The notes under the pieces are model-generated. The model saw only the letters and a program-made list of their open reading frames with translations. It did no database searches and was not told the origin of the DNA. This document shows positions 26,874 to 36,738 of a stretch of DNA of 63,511 nucleotides, piece by piece. The translations under genes were made by a program, and so were the position numbers. The DNA is from Deltaproteobacteria bacterium (lineage in GTDB: Bacteria > Myxococcota_A > UBA9160 > SZUA-336). Each line of letters starts with the position of its first letter. Positions within the stretch are counted from its first letter, which is position 1. The stretch spans positions 1-63,511 of the forward strand of contig JAFDDB010000005.1 in NCBI GenBank assembly GCA_019311115.1, in the 5' to 3' direction.

Positions 26874-27272
26874 ATGAAGGACGGCGTGGTGGCGGTGCTG
26901 GTGCGCGGCGACCGCGTGCTGTTCATCCGGCGCGCGGAAGCCGTGCCCTACGGCGGCTACTGGTGTCCGCTGAGCGGAAAGGTCGAGCCCGGCGAGAGCC
27001 AGGCCCACGCCGTGGTCCGCGAGGTGCGCGAAGAGGTCGGGCTCCGGGTGCGCGCCGTGCGCAAGGTCTGGGAGTGCCCGACCGAGGGCGCAGACTACCT
27101 GCTGCACTGGTGGTTGGTCGAAGAGGACGGGGGAGAGTTGGTCCTCGAGCCGCGCGAGGTCGCGGATGCGGGCTGGTTCACGCGCGACGAGGTCCACGCG
27201 CTGACGCCGACCTTCGACGTGGACCGGGTCTTCGTGGACACGATCCTTCCCGGCCTGAAGGACGGCGGGTAG
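26874..27272 (+). CDS. NUDIX hydrolase
   Basis: Nudix box GKVEPGESQAHAVVREVREEVG; GGAGG RBS. Confidence 0.92.
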   Translation: MKDGVVAVLVRGDRVLFIRRAEAVPYGGYWCPLSGKVEPGESQAHAVVREVREEVGLRVRAVRKVWECPTEGADYLLHWWLVEEDGGELVLEPREVADAGWFTRDEVHALTPTFDVDRVFVDTILPGLKDGG

Positions 27273-27296
27273 GATGGCGCCCAAAGGGGGCGCCGC

Positions 27297-28088
27297 ATGA
27301 TCGAGGGCTACGCAGAGTCGGAGTTCACCTGGGACGGCGTCACGCGCCCGGTCTACCGCCGCGGGCAGGGGCCGGGCGTCATCGTCATGCACGAGATCCC
27401 GGGCATCCACCCCACGGTCATCCGCTTCGCGAACTGGGTGGTGGACGCGGGCTTCACCGTCGTCATGCCCGAGCTGATGGGCCAGGCCAACCGCGCAGTG
27501 ACTCCCGGCTACACGCTCGGCTCCATGCTGCGCGCCTGCATCCGACGCGAGTTCGCCGTGCTGGCTGCGCACCGGTCGAGCCCGATCACCGACTGGCTGC
27601 GCGCGCTGTGCCGCGAGACGCACCGGGACCTGGGCGGTGCGGGCGTCGGCGCGGTGGGCATGTGCCTGACCGGGAACTTCGCGCTCGCCATGATGCTGGA
27701 GCCGAGCCTGCTGGCCCCGGTGTTGTCACAGCCGTCGATGCCGTTCCCGCTCGGCAAGACGCGCCGGGCCGCGCTCCACCTGTCGCCCGAGGAGCTCGAG
27801 GCGGTGCGCGAGCGCGCGCGCCAGGGCTGTCCGGTGCTGGGACTCCGCTTCACCGAAGACCGCTGGGTGCCGCCCGAGCGGTTCGAGACGCTACGCCGCG
27901 AGATCGGCGACCGCTTCGAGGCGATCGAGATCGACTCGGCGGTGAGCCGGCCCAGCGAGAACCCGGCCGGACCGCACTCGGTGTTGACCGAGGACCTGCG
28001 CGACGAGGACGGTCACCCCACCGTCGCCGCGCGCGACCGCGTGCTCGAATTCTTGCGCGAGCGGCTCGTAGACGGCCCTCGGCCCTAG
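27297..28088 (+). CDS. dienelactone hydrolase family protein
   Basis: HEIPG, GMCLTG (Cys nucleophile) and HSVLT motifs. Confidence 0.88.
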   Translation: MIEGYAESEFTWDGVTRPVYRRGQGPGVIVMHEIPGIHPTVIRFANWVVDAGFTVVMPELMGQANRAVTPGYTLGSMLRACIRREFAVLAAHRSSPITDWLRALCRETHRDLGGAGVGAVGMCLTGNFALAMMLEPSLLAPVLSQPSMPFPLGKTRRAALHLSPEELEAVRERARQGCPVLGLRFTEDRWVPPERFETLRREIGDRFEAIEIDSAVSRPSENPAGPHSVLTEDLRDEDGHPTVAARDRVLEFLRERLVDGPRP

Positions 28089-29587
28089 AGCAGGCCGTCC
28101 CAGGCGCGGCGCTCCTCGTCGCAGGGCGCGTGGCGCAGCTCGACCTGGCGGTCGAAGACCAGCGTCGCTCGCCGCTCCTCGTCGTAGGCCGGCCAGTCCG
28201 GCAGGTCGCCGCTCGCCGGGTCGCCCGTGCGGGCGAAGGCGAGCCACGCGTCCATCATTCGCTGCGACAGCCGCTCGGCGTCGGGTCCCTTGCCCGCCCA
28301 GCCCTGCAGACCCTTCAGGCCGAGCGTCCCGAACACGAACGGAAGCTCCAGCGCGTGGCAGGAGCCGAGGCGCCCGTCGAGCAGCTTCGACTCCCACGAG
28401 AACAGGTACTTGAACACCCGGTCGGTGTGCGCGCGCTGCGCCTCGGCCAGGCGGATTGCCGGGATGCGGAACACGCGGTCGGTCTCGATGGCGGTGAACA
28501 CCTCGATCGGCTCCGTGCTCGACCGGCCTTCGCGCGCCTTCCGGTAGGTCTCGTAGACGCGCTCCGCGTTGCGCTGCGGCTCGGCCACGCGCGCCGACAG
28601 GCGCTTCAGCGCCCCGGCCTCGTCGAGCGACTCCCCGCCCGGGTCCATCAGGCGGAACAGGTTCCACTCGTCCCGCGTCGTGCCGACCAGCACGTCGACG
28701 CCCCGCGCGCTGCCCTCGCGGATCGCGTCGAGCGGAGGCCGCGGCAGCACGTCGCCGTCGAGCACCGGCGTGAAGGCCATGCCGATGTTCTCGGAGCTGC
28801 GCGCCTTCATCAGCGTCTTCGTCTGCGCGGCGACCAGGTCGGCGACCGGGACGTCGCGCAGGCCCGCCGCCGAGTCCAGTCCCAGCTCCGCCAGCAGCGT
28901 CGCGCGCGTGCGGGCCGCGCTCTCTCGGCCCTGTACGTTGTGTGCGGCGCCGCTCTGCGGGATCGCCCGGTGGAAGAGGCCCCGGGCGGCCGGCGTTCCC
29001 ATCAGCGTGCCGACGCTCATGCCACCGGCCGACTCGCCAAAGATCGTGACGTTGCCGGGGTCGCCGCCGAACCGCGCGATGTTGTCGCGTACCCACTCGA
29101 GCGCGGCGATCTGGTCGAGCAGCCCCGCGTTGGCGTCGCCGTCCTCGGCCAGGTCCAGGAAGCCGAGCGCGCCGAGCCGGTAGTTGATCGTCACGACGAC
29201 GACGTCTCCGCGCCTCGCCAGGTGCGCGCCGTCGTACATGGGACCCGAGCCGCTGCCGCCCGTGAAGCCTCCGCCGTGGATCCAGAACAGTACGGGTCGG
29301 CGCGCGTCGTCGGCGCCGGGAGTGAACACGTTCAGGTAGAGGCAGTCCTCGCTGCGCTCCTCGGGCTTGCCGGCGGGCAGGAACCCGATCGCCCGCTCGC
29401 CCTGCGGAGCCGTACGTGCGAACGAGCTGGCGTCGCGCACGCCGCTCCAGGGCTCGGCGGCCTGCGGCGCGCGGAAGCGCAGCTCGTCGACGGGGGGCTG
29501 CGCGAACGGCACGCCGCGGAAGACGTGCAGGCCCGCATCTTCGACGCCGCGTAGCCGTCCGAGGGTCGTCTCTACCGTCGTCGTCAC
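28085..29587 (-). CDS. type-B carboxylesterase/lipase
   Basis: SEDCLYLNV, WIHGGG, NYRLG, FGESAGG, GTTRDE and CHALEL motifs. Confidence 0.95.
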   Translation of the reverse strand: MTTTVETTLGRLRGVEDAGLHVFRGVPFAQPPVDELRFRAPQAAEPWSGVRDASSFARTAPQGERAIGFLPAGKPEERSEDCLYLNVFTPGADDARRPVLFWIHGGGFTGGSGSGPMYDGAHLARRGDVVVVTINYRLGALGFLDLAEDGDANAGLLDQIAALEWVRDNIARFGGDPGNVTIFGESAGGMSVGTLMGTPAARGLFHRAIPQSGAAHNVQGRESAARTRATLLAELGLDSAAGLRDVPVADLVAAQTKTLMKARSSENIGMAFTPVLDGDVLPRPPLDAIREGSARGVDVLVGTTRDEWNLFRLMDPGGESLDEAGALKRLSARVAEPQRNAERVYETYRKAREGRSSTEPIEVFTAIETDRVFRIPAIRLAEAQRAHTDRVFKYLFSWESKLLDGRLGSCHALELPFVFGTLGLKGLQGWAGKGPDAERLSQRMMDAWLAFARTGDPASGDLPDWPAYDEERRATLVFDRQVELRHAPCDEERRAWDGLL

Positions 29588-29600
29588 TTCCGATTCTCCC

Positions 29601-30218
29601 TCAGGCGCTCGCCGACGGGCGTGCGCTCACGCTCTGGTGCCAGCGAGTCAGGTTCTTCTGGTCGGGTGAGTGCGCCAGCTCGAGCAGCGCGGCCGCGAAG
29701 TCCAGCGTGCAGAGCGCTGTGATGTCCGCGATGGAGTAGGCGCCACCGGCGATGAACTCGCGCGAAGCGAGCTGGTCGTCGAGGAAGCCGAAGTAGCGCT
29801 CGACGATCTTCCGGTTCTGGTCCGCCACCTCGGCGATCTGGTTCGGGTTGACCGCCCGGGTGAGCGGCGAGCCGTGGATCCAGACCATGCCGACCGGCGT
29901 CATCAGGTTGAGCTCGATGCGCCGCAGCCACATGTCGGTCACGCCCTGCTCCTTCGGCGTGCGTCCGAAGAGCGACGGCTCCGGCTGCTGCGCCTCGAAG
30001 TAGCGGCAGATCGAGATCGACTCCGCGATGTGCGACCCGTCGTCCAGCTCGAGCACCGGCAGCCCGCCCATCACGTTCACCTTCTCGATGAACTCGGGCG
30101 TGCGGTTCTCGCGCTTCATGATGTCGGTGTGCTCGAAGGGGATCTCGATCCCCTTTTCGGCCAGGTAGATGTGCACGCGGCGCGGGTTCGGCGCGCCGGC
30201 ATAGGTGTACAGCTTCAC
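29601..30218 (-). CDS. glutathione S-transferase family protein
   Basis: APNPRRV, LPVLELDDG..IAES and YSIADI motifs; GTG start overlaps the upstream TGA. Confidence 0.92.
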   Translation of the reverse strand: MKLYTYAGAPNPRRVHIYLAEKGIEIPFEHTDIMKRENRTPEFIEKVNVMGGLPVLELDDGSHIAESISICRYFEAQQPEPSLFGRTPKEQGVTDMWLRRIELNLMTPVGMVWIHGSPLTRAVNPNQIAEVADQNRKIVERYFGFLDDQLASREFIAGGAYSIADITALCTLDFAAALLELAHSPDQKNLTRWHQSVSARPSASA

Positions 30219-30820
30219 GAGTCGTCCTTTCGACACAGCAGGAAGTAGTTGGGAAGCTCACGGCCGTCCCGCGTGGCGCGGCCGATCAGCAGGTGCTCCG
30301 AGACGCGGCGCAGGTAGTCCACCATGCCGTTGTAGATGAACCGCGACAGGCGCCAGGTATTGTCGTGGATCTCGGGCCAGTCGTCCGGGCGCGCCGTCGG
30401 GATGCGCCGGTAGTCCACCGCGACTCCCCCGAAGGACTCCTGCGAGTCGTAGGCCACGAAGTAGCCGGGGCCCGTGAGCGGCGCGAGCCAGCGCGTGGGC
30501 TGGTGGTTGTAGCCCCACAGCTCGTCGGCGTCGTTCGTGGGCCGGCAGAACCGCTTCTGGAAGCGGCTGAACGCCGCGAGCGAGTTCTTGCCGTGGAAGA
30601 TGACGGGATCCAGCGGCGCCCTCGTGCTCGGCACCATCTGCCCGATCGTCACGCCGTGCCCTTCGCTGGCCAGCCAGAGCCGCGCCTGCGCGCGCCCGTC
30701 GATGGCCTCGGTCATCTCGACCCGTTCGTCCGGGGACGCCTCGTCAAAGAGCTTCGCGACCTGGGTCGTGTCGATCCGGTCGGACGCGAGCAGGGCCAGG
30801 CAGTCATTCTGTCTCTTCAT
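30215..30820 (-). CDS. hypothetical protein
   Basis: GC3-biased ORF between the GMC and GST genes, with conserved-looking HGKNSL..F..FQKRF, WGYN and GPGYFV motifs. Confidence 0.75.
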   Translation of the reverse strand: MKRQNDCLALLASDRIDTTQVAKLFDEASPDERVEMTEAIDGRAQARLWLASEGHGVTIGQMVPSTRAPLDPVIFHGKNSLAAFSRFQKRFCRPTNDADELWGYNHQPTRWLAPLTGPGYFVAYDSQESFGGVAVDYRRIPTARPDDWPEIHDNTWRLSRFIYNGMVDYLRRVSEHLLIGRATRDGRELPNYFLLCRKDDS

Positions 30821-30827
30821 GTCCCGA

Positions 30828-32363
30828 TCATATCCGCTCGGCGATGCCTGCGGCGACCCGGTGTGCCAGCGCCATGCAGGTCAGCATGGGGTTCACGGCG
30901 GGGCTCCGCGGCAGGATGCCGGTGTCCGCCACGTACAGGTTGTCCAGGTCGTGGCAGCGTCCGTCCTCGCCGACCACGCCGCGGTGCGGGTCGCCGTGCA
31001 TGCGCGTCGAGCTGAAGGCGTGGTTCCCGCCGCAGGTCAGGTCGTCGGCGCGCAGGTCGTGTCGGCGCAGGGCCTCGGCCTCGTCGAGCGAGTGCATCTC
31101 TTCGGGAAGGCGCCCCACGCCGGGCAGGATCTTGCGCGCGCCCGCCGCGAACAGCAGCTCGGCCAGCACCTGGAGGGCGCGTTTCAGGATCTGCACGTCC
31201 TGCGGGTCGAAGCGCCAGTGGAGCGCCGGGTCCATGCCGCGCCGGCGCGCCCGCACCCGGCCGAGCGAGCGGTTGCACGAGGCGATCGCGTCCCAGACGG
31301 CGCAGTAGGGGATCTCGGCCAGGCGCTGCTTCAGCTCGGTGCCGATGCCCGGAAGCCGCACCGCGAACACGCCCGGCGGCGCCCAGAGCGTCTCGAGCTT
31401 GAAGCCCTCGGGAATGAACTGGAGCGACTGGTAGCCCTGCGTGGCCCCGAACTCCGGGTGCGTGCGCTCCGGAAACACTCCCATGATGGCCACGCCCGGG
31501 TGGAACTGCAGGTTCTCGCCGGCCTGCCCGGAGGCGTTCGCGAGCCCGCCGCTGCGCTGCAGCAGGACCGGCGTTGCCATGCAGCCGGCCGCGAGCACGA
31601 CGACCTTGGCCTCGATGCGCACGCGGTGCGACAGCTCGCCCGTGAACGGCCGCGCGACCTGGCCCGCGACGCCCGTCGCGCGGCGTCCGGCGGTCGTCAC
31701 CTGCTGGACCTGCACCGACGTGAGCACGCGCGCCCCCGCCGCGATGGCGGCGGGCACGTACGAGATGTCCATCGACTGCTTGGCGCGGGCGCGGCAGCCG
31801 GTGAAGCACTCGCCGCTTCCTCGGCAGCCGCGCACGTTGCGCGCGATCGGCTCGCTCGAGTAGCCGAGCGCGTTGCAGCCGTCCCGAAAGAGCAGGTTCC
31901 GGTCGCCCTGCACGTCGTCGGGCGTGGGCTCGATGCCCAGGAACTTCTCGACCGCGTCGTAGTGCGGGTCCAGGTCGGCCCGCGTCGTACGCTCGAGCGC
32001 GAAGTCGCTGCACCAGCCGTCGAGCGTCTCCTGCGGTGAGCGCACGCAGATGGCCGAGTTGACCAGCGAGCCGCCGCCGAGCGCGATGGCCTGCATGGTC
32101 GACAGCATGTAGCCGCGCGTCGCGCGGAGTCCGCCCTCGCGCAGGGTCCGCGCCATGGAGCGCGCGCCGTCGAGCTCGAAGTCGTCCGGCGTGAAGGGCG
32201 GGCCCTCTTCGACCAGGATCACGTCGTGTCCGGCGGCCGCGAGTCCGTGCGCCACCACCGCGCCGCCGGGACCGGAGCCCACCACCACGACGTCGGCGCG
32301 CTCGTGCACGTCGCCCGTGTAGTCGGCGAAGATCCGGACCGCACCGTTCATGCCACCGCTCAT
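30828..32363 (-). CDS. GMC-family FAD oxidoreductase
   Basis: VVVGSGPGG, GGGSLVN, CRGSGECFTGC, NLQFHP and VNPMLT motifs. Confidence 0.93.
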   Translation of the reverse strand: MSGGMNGAVRIFADYTGDVHERADVVVVGSGPGGAVVAHGLAAAGHDVILVEEGPPFTPDDFELDGARSMARTLREGGLRATRGYMLSTMQAIALGGGSLVNSAICVRSPQETLDGWCSDFALERTTRADLDPHYDAVEKFLGIEPTPDDVQGDRNLLFRDGCNALGYSSEPIARNVRGCRGSGECFTGCRARAKQSMDISYVPAAIAAGARVLTSVQVQQVTTAGRRATGVAGQVARPFTGELSHRVRIEAKVVVLAAGCMATPVLLQRSGGLANASGQAGENLQFHPGVAIMGVFPERTHPEFGATQGYQSLQFIPEGFKLETLWAPPGVFAVRLPGIGTELKQRLAEIPYCAVWDAIASCNRSLGRVRARRRGMDPALHWRFDPQDVQILKRALQVLAELLFAAGARKILPGVGRLPEEMHSLDEAEALRRHDLRADDLTCGGNHAFSSTRMHGDPHRGVVGEDGRCHDLDNLYVADTGILPRSPAVNPMLTCMALAHRVAAGIAERI

Positions 32364-32968
32364 GAGTCGGGACCGAGCGGTGAGCCGGCGCCCGGCACGG
32401 TCACGTCTTCAGGTCCGTACGCGATCTCTTCGCGCGTCCGTCCGGCGCGCGGCCAGAGCAGGTCGGCGGGGCAGACCGGAGTGTCGATCGCCATGGGCGC
32501 CAGGCCGAGCTCGCCCAGCACTGCGGGATCTCCCAGGTAGGCGAGCGTCAGGATCGCCCGCAGGCTCGTGAACACGAGACGGCGCGCCGCAAGCCGGCTC
32601 TCGCCCCAACCCTGCAGGTACGACGCGCGCGCGGCGACGGGGAGCCGCGTAAAGCGCCGCCGCCCGCCGCCGCCCGGTGCGGGAAAGACGATCGTGGCGT
32701 GCTCGCACAGGAAGAAGAGCAGCCGCATCAGCAGTCGAAGCTGCGCGGGCCGCTCGGCCACGAAGTCGTCGACGTAGCCGGGCACGCTCTCTCCACCGGG
32801 CGGCAACGCGCCGCCCGCCGGGAACATCGCCTCGGACGCCGCCGACACGAAGGCGTGATCGCGAGCCCCGAGCGCGCGCAGCCCGGGCGGCGGCGCGGCG
32901 TAGGGACGAAACACGCGCCAGCTCGCCGCTACCGCGGCGAGTGCCATGAGCGACCAGAACAGCATCAC
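32360..32968 (-). CDS. gluconate 2-dehydrogenase subunit-3-like partner of the GMC enzyme
   Basis: AMFP...VDDF...FTRL....R..YL..W..S...RR..F pattern; stop overlaps the GMC start. Confidence 0.6.
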   Translation of the reverse strand: MMLFWSLMALAAVAASWRVFRPYAAPPPGLRALGARDHAFVSAASEAMFPAGGALPPGGESVPGYVDDFVAERPAQLRLLMRLLFFLCEHATIVFPAPGGGGRRRFTRLPVAARASYLQGWGESRLAARRLVFTSLRAILTLAYLGDPAVLGELGLAPMAIDTPVCPADLLWPRAGRTREEIAYGPEDVTVPGAGSPLGPDS

Positions 32969-32998
32969 CGATACAGTATCAGCCGCCCGGCGTGGCGT

Positions 32999-34282
32999 TC
33001 AGAAGCCCATCGAGCGGGACAGCGGCCCCACCACGCTCACCAAGGCGAAGCTCACGCCGCCGACCAGCAGGGCCGCGCAGAGTCCGACCGCGAGCGGCTT
33101 GAGGCCGAGCGTACGCAGGCGCGAGAAGCTGGTGCCGAGCCCGACCGACGCCATGGCGACGATCAGGCAGAGGCTCGCGAGGCGCCCCGTGCCGCTGATT
33201 CCAGCCTTCCACGTCTCGTGCGACAGAACGCCGAACGCGGAGTCGCCCAGGTCTCCGACCGAGCGCACGGCCGTCATCGCCACGAAGCCGAAGACGAAGA
33301 GGGGGACCGCCTGGCTGAAGCGCGGGCGGATCAGCCGGCGCGGACCTTCGGGGTCTCCGCGGTGGTACATCACCGCGACCAGCGGGATCACGCCCAACAT
33401 GAACAGGTTCCGGACCAGCTTCGTGACCGTCGCCGTGTCGAGCGCGGCCGGAGCGCCGAACTGCTGCACGTACACGAGGCCGGCGCCGGCGACCTGTGCG
33501 GTGTCGTGGATCGCCGTGCCGAGGAACAGGCCAGCCAGCGTGGGATCGCCGGCGAAGAGCCAGTGCGACAGGAACGGGTAGCCCATCAGCGCGATCAGCC
33601 CGAAGACCGTGATGCAGCCGACGGCGTAGCTCACCTCGTCGTCCTTGGCGCCGATCACGGGGGCGGTGGCGACGATCGCGGTGTTGCCGCAGATGGCGGT
33701 GCCCACGGCGATCAGCGTGCCGAGCCTGCGCGGCAGTCCCAACGCGCGGTTGATCCATGACACCAGCAGCAGCGCCGCGGTGATGCAGCCGATCACGATC
33801 GGGACCGCCACCAGGCCGATCGCGCCCGCGGCTCCCAGGCTCAAGCGGATTCCGAGCAGCGCCACGCCAACGCGCAGGATGCGCTTGAGGCAGAGCTGGA
33901 GTCCCGCCTCGTAGACGGCGGGTAGCCCCAGGCTGTTGCGCACCAGTACGCCGAGCAGGATCGCGACCAGGATGGGAGAGAGGGGCGTGCGCTCGAAGCC
34001 GAGCACGTCTACGCCGATCGCCTCGGCGGCCCAGCCGCTCAGCAGTGCCAGCGCCGCCGCCAGCACCACGCCGGGCATGGTCGTGCCGATCAGCTCGAAG
34101 ACGTGGTTCGCGCGCCGCTGCCACGGGCGCCGGGCGGCCCGCTCGTCCTGGGTCTCGGCCGGGTCGGCCCACTCGGGCACGCCCTCCATGCTGCCGACGA
34201 AGCGGAACAGTTCGGGGTTCTTGTACGGATCTCCCGAACGCGTTCCGACGACGACCTGCGGCATGCTGCGGACCTCGCTCAC
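32999..34282 (-). CDS. YeiH / putative sulfate exporter family membrane protein
   Basis: LRVGVALLG, GTAICGNTAI, GTAIHDTAQV and TKLVRN motifs. Confidence 0.9.
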   Translation of the reverse strand: MSEVRSMPQVVVGTRSGDPYKNPELFRFVGSMEGVPEWADPAETQDERAARRPWQRRANHVFELIGTTMPGVVLAAALALLSGWAAEAIGVDVLGFERTPLSPILVAILLGVLVRNSLGLPAVYEAGLQLCLKRILRVGVALLGIRLSLGAAGAIGLVAVPIVIGCITAALLLVSWINRALGLPRRLGTLIAVGTAICGNTAIVATAPVIGAKDDEVSYAVGCITVFGLIALMGYPFLSHWLFAGDPTLAGLFLGTAIHDTAQVAGAGLVYVQQFGAPAALDTATVTKLVRNLFMLGVIPLVAVMYHRGDPEGPRRLIRPRFSQAVPLFVFGFVAMTAVRSVGDLGDSAFGVLSHETWKAGISGTGRLASLCLIVAMASVGLGTSFSRLRTLGLKPLAVGLCAALLVGGVSFALVSVVGPLSRSMGF

Positions 34283-34367
34283 CCTGCGCGGTGGTGCAGA
34301 CGGGTGAGCGAGTGTATCGCAGCCCGGTGCGCTTGCGGCGCTCCCTCCGGTCTGCGGGATCAGAGGT

Positions 34368-36545
34368 TCAGGAGCTGGTCAGGCGCTTCAGCATCTCGCC
34401 GAGCTCGCCTTCCATCCAGTGTCCGCCGTTCTCCAGGATGTACTGGGCCTCGTCGGCCGGCACCGGGCGGCTGAACAGGTAGCCCTGGATCTCGTCGCAG
34501 CCGCAGCCGGCAAGGAACTCGAGCTGCGCTTCGGTCTCGACGCCCTCGGCCACCACGTTGAGGCTCAACGCATGGGCCATCGAGATGATCGCCCGCGTGA
34601 TCGCCGCGGTGTCGGGATCGGTCGTCACGTCGCGCACGAACGAGCGGTCGATCTTGACCGTGTCCACGGGAAAGCCCTTCAGGTAGCTGAGCGACGAGTA
34701 GCCCGTGCCGAAGTCGTCGAGAGACACGGTGACTCCGATGCCCTTCATGCGCTGGAGCGAGTCCACGGCGACGCCCTGGTTCTCCATCATGGTGCTCTCG
34801 GTGATCTCCACGTCGAGCGACCGCGGGCTCAGCGGCGTCTCGCGCAGCACGCGCACGACGGTGTCGAAGATGGCCTCGGTGCAGAACTGGTGCGCCGACA
34901 TGTTCACCGACATGCGCAGCGCGTTGAACCCCATCTCGCGCCAGTGTTTGGTCTGCTCGCAGGCGGTGCGCAGGACCAGCTCGCCGAGCGGAACGATCAG
35001 GCCCGCTTGCTCGGCCACGGGCAGGAACGCGTTCGGCGGCACCAGTCCCTTCTCGGGGTGTTGCCAGCGCACGAGCGCCTCGAAGCCGGTGATCCGTCCG
35101 CTGGGCAGCTCGACCTTGGGCTGGTAGTGCAGGATGAACTGCTCGTTCTGGAGCGCCGCGCGCAGCTCGCTCTCGAGCTCCAGGTTCTTGCCGGCCAGCT
35201 CGCTCATCGACGGCTTGTAGAACTGGTAGTGGCCGCGCCCCTGTCCCTTTGCGTAGTACATGGCGGCGTCGGCGTTGTGGAGCAGGGTATCGACGTCGTC
35301 GCCGTCGGACGGCGAGACGCTGACTCCGGCACTCGCGGTCACGACGATCTCGGTGCCTTCCACGTCGTACGGGCGTGAGAGCACCTCGAGGATGCGCTCC
35401 GTCACCTGGCCGACCTCGGCCGCATTGCGCACGCTCGAGAGCGAGAGCATGAACTCGTCGCCGCCAAAGCGGGACACGGTCGGACCGGCGTCGTCCGGCA
35501 GCGAACGCGACACGAAGTCGCCCTCGCGGACGCAGTTCGTGAGCCGGTCCGCCACGCTCACCAGCAGGTTGTCGCCTACCGGGTGGCCGAACGTGTCGTT
35601 GATCCGCTTGAAGTGGTCCAGGTCGAGCACGATCACCGCGACGATCGTCTGGTGACGCCGCGCCTGGGCCAGCGAGTAGTCGAGCCGCTCACGGAACAGG
35701 TGGCGATTCCCGAGCCGCGTCAGCGTGTCGTGGTAGGCGAGGAAGCGCGCCTCCGCCTCTGCCCGCTTGCGGTCGGTCACGTCCTGGGCGGTGCCCGAGA
35801 GCTCGTACGGTTGGTTCTGCGCGTCGAAGGCCACCTCGCCTTGCAGGTAGATGAAGCGCGTCTCGCCGTTCGGGAGGTTCACGCGGTGATCGACACCGAA
35901 CTCGCCGATTCCGCCGCCCTGGGCCCGGCGCAGCGCGCGGGACAGCGCGTCGCCGACGGCGCGCTGATCGCTGTCGACGATCCTGTGCAGCAGATCGGAC
36001 GGTCGCACGTCCAGCGAGGGGCGCAGTCCGTAGAGCTGCAGCAGCTCGTCGGATCCCAGGAAGTCACCCGACTGCAGGTCCAGCTCCCAGTTTCCGAGAT
36101 GCGCCGTGCGCTGCGCCTTGGCGAGGCGTTTCTCGCTGGTGCGGAGTCTCTCTACGGCGTCGGCCATGCGCAGCATGTAGCGGACGCGCTGCGACAGGAT
36201 CAGCCAGTTGATCGGTTTCGGGATGAAGTCCGTAGCGCCGGCCTCGTACGCGCGCCGGATCGAGTCGGCGTCGTCCGCCGCCGTCATCATGAGGATTGGA
36301 ATGTTCGGGTCCGCCTCGCGCACGGTCTCGCAGGCGCCGCAGCCGTCCAGGAGCGGCATGTTCACGTCGAGGAGCAGCAGGTCGGGCTGGTACTCCTCCC
36401 ACGCGGCGAGCGCCTGCTCTCCGTTCTCGACTTCCACGACTTCGTGGCCCGTGGCTTCGAGGGCGTCCCGCGCCATGCGGCGCAGAAGCTCCGTATCGTC
36501 GGCGATCAGGATTCGCGGCAGCTGTGGGTTCGAGGACTTGGACAC
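34368..36545 (-). CDS. REC-PAS-GGDEF-EAL c-di-GMP signalling protein
   Basis: ADD/LDVNMP/KP receiver motifs; SRFGGDEF; EALVRW, EITES, DDFGTGYSSL and EGVE. Confidence 0.95.
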   Translation of the reverse strand: MSKSSNPQLPRILIADDTELLRRMARDALEATGHEVVEVENGEQALAAWEEYQPDLLLLDVNMPLLDGCGACETVREADPNIPILMMTAADDADSIRRAYEAGATDFIPKPINWLILSQRVRYMLRMADAVERLRTSEKRLAKAQRTAHLGNWELDLQSGDFLGSDELLQLYGLRPSLDVRPSDLLHRIVDSDQRAVGDALSRALRRAQGGGIGEFGVDHRVNLPNGETRFIYLQGEVAFDAQNQPYELSGTAQDVTDRKRAEAEARFLAYHDTLTRLGNRHLFRERLDYSLAQARRHQTIVAVIVLDLDHFKRINDTFGHPVGDNLLVSVADRLTNCVREGDFVSRSLPDDAGPTVSRFGGDEFMLSLSSVRNAAEVGQVTERILEVLSRPYDVEGTEIVVTASAGVSVSPSDGDDVDTLLHNADAAMYYAKGQGRGHYQFYKPSMSELAGKNLELESELRAALQNEQFILHYQPKVELPSGRITGFEALVRWQHPEKGLVPPNAFLPVAEQAGLIVPLGELVLRTACEQTKHWREMGFNALRMSVNMSAHQFCTEAIFDTVVRVLRETPLSPRSLDVEITESTMMENQGVAVDSLQRMKGIGVTVSLDDFGTGYSSLSYLKGFPVDTVKIDRSFVRDVTTDPDTAAITRAIISMAHALSLNVVAEGVETEAQLEFLAGCGCDEIQGYLFSRPVPADEAQYILENGGHWMEGELGEMLKRLTSS

Positions 36546-36738
36546 GCAGTGATCCCCTCAAGTGACTGCTTCGGGAATCGGTCCCTCTCGACGCCGCCTT
36601 GAGCCGCAACGCGTACAACCGGCGACAGGGGCGACAGGCGGGCCGGGCGCGACGTACGCCGGACAGGGACCGTTGCGCCGCGCCGCCCGGTGGGTGACTC
36701 ATTGGCGCGGGCTTCCGCGGAGGGGCGGAGGGAGGGGC

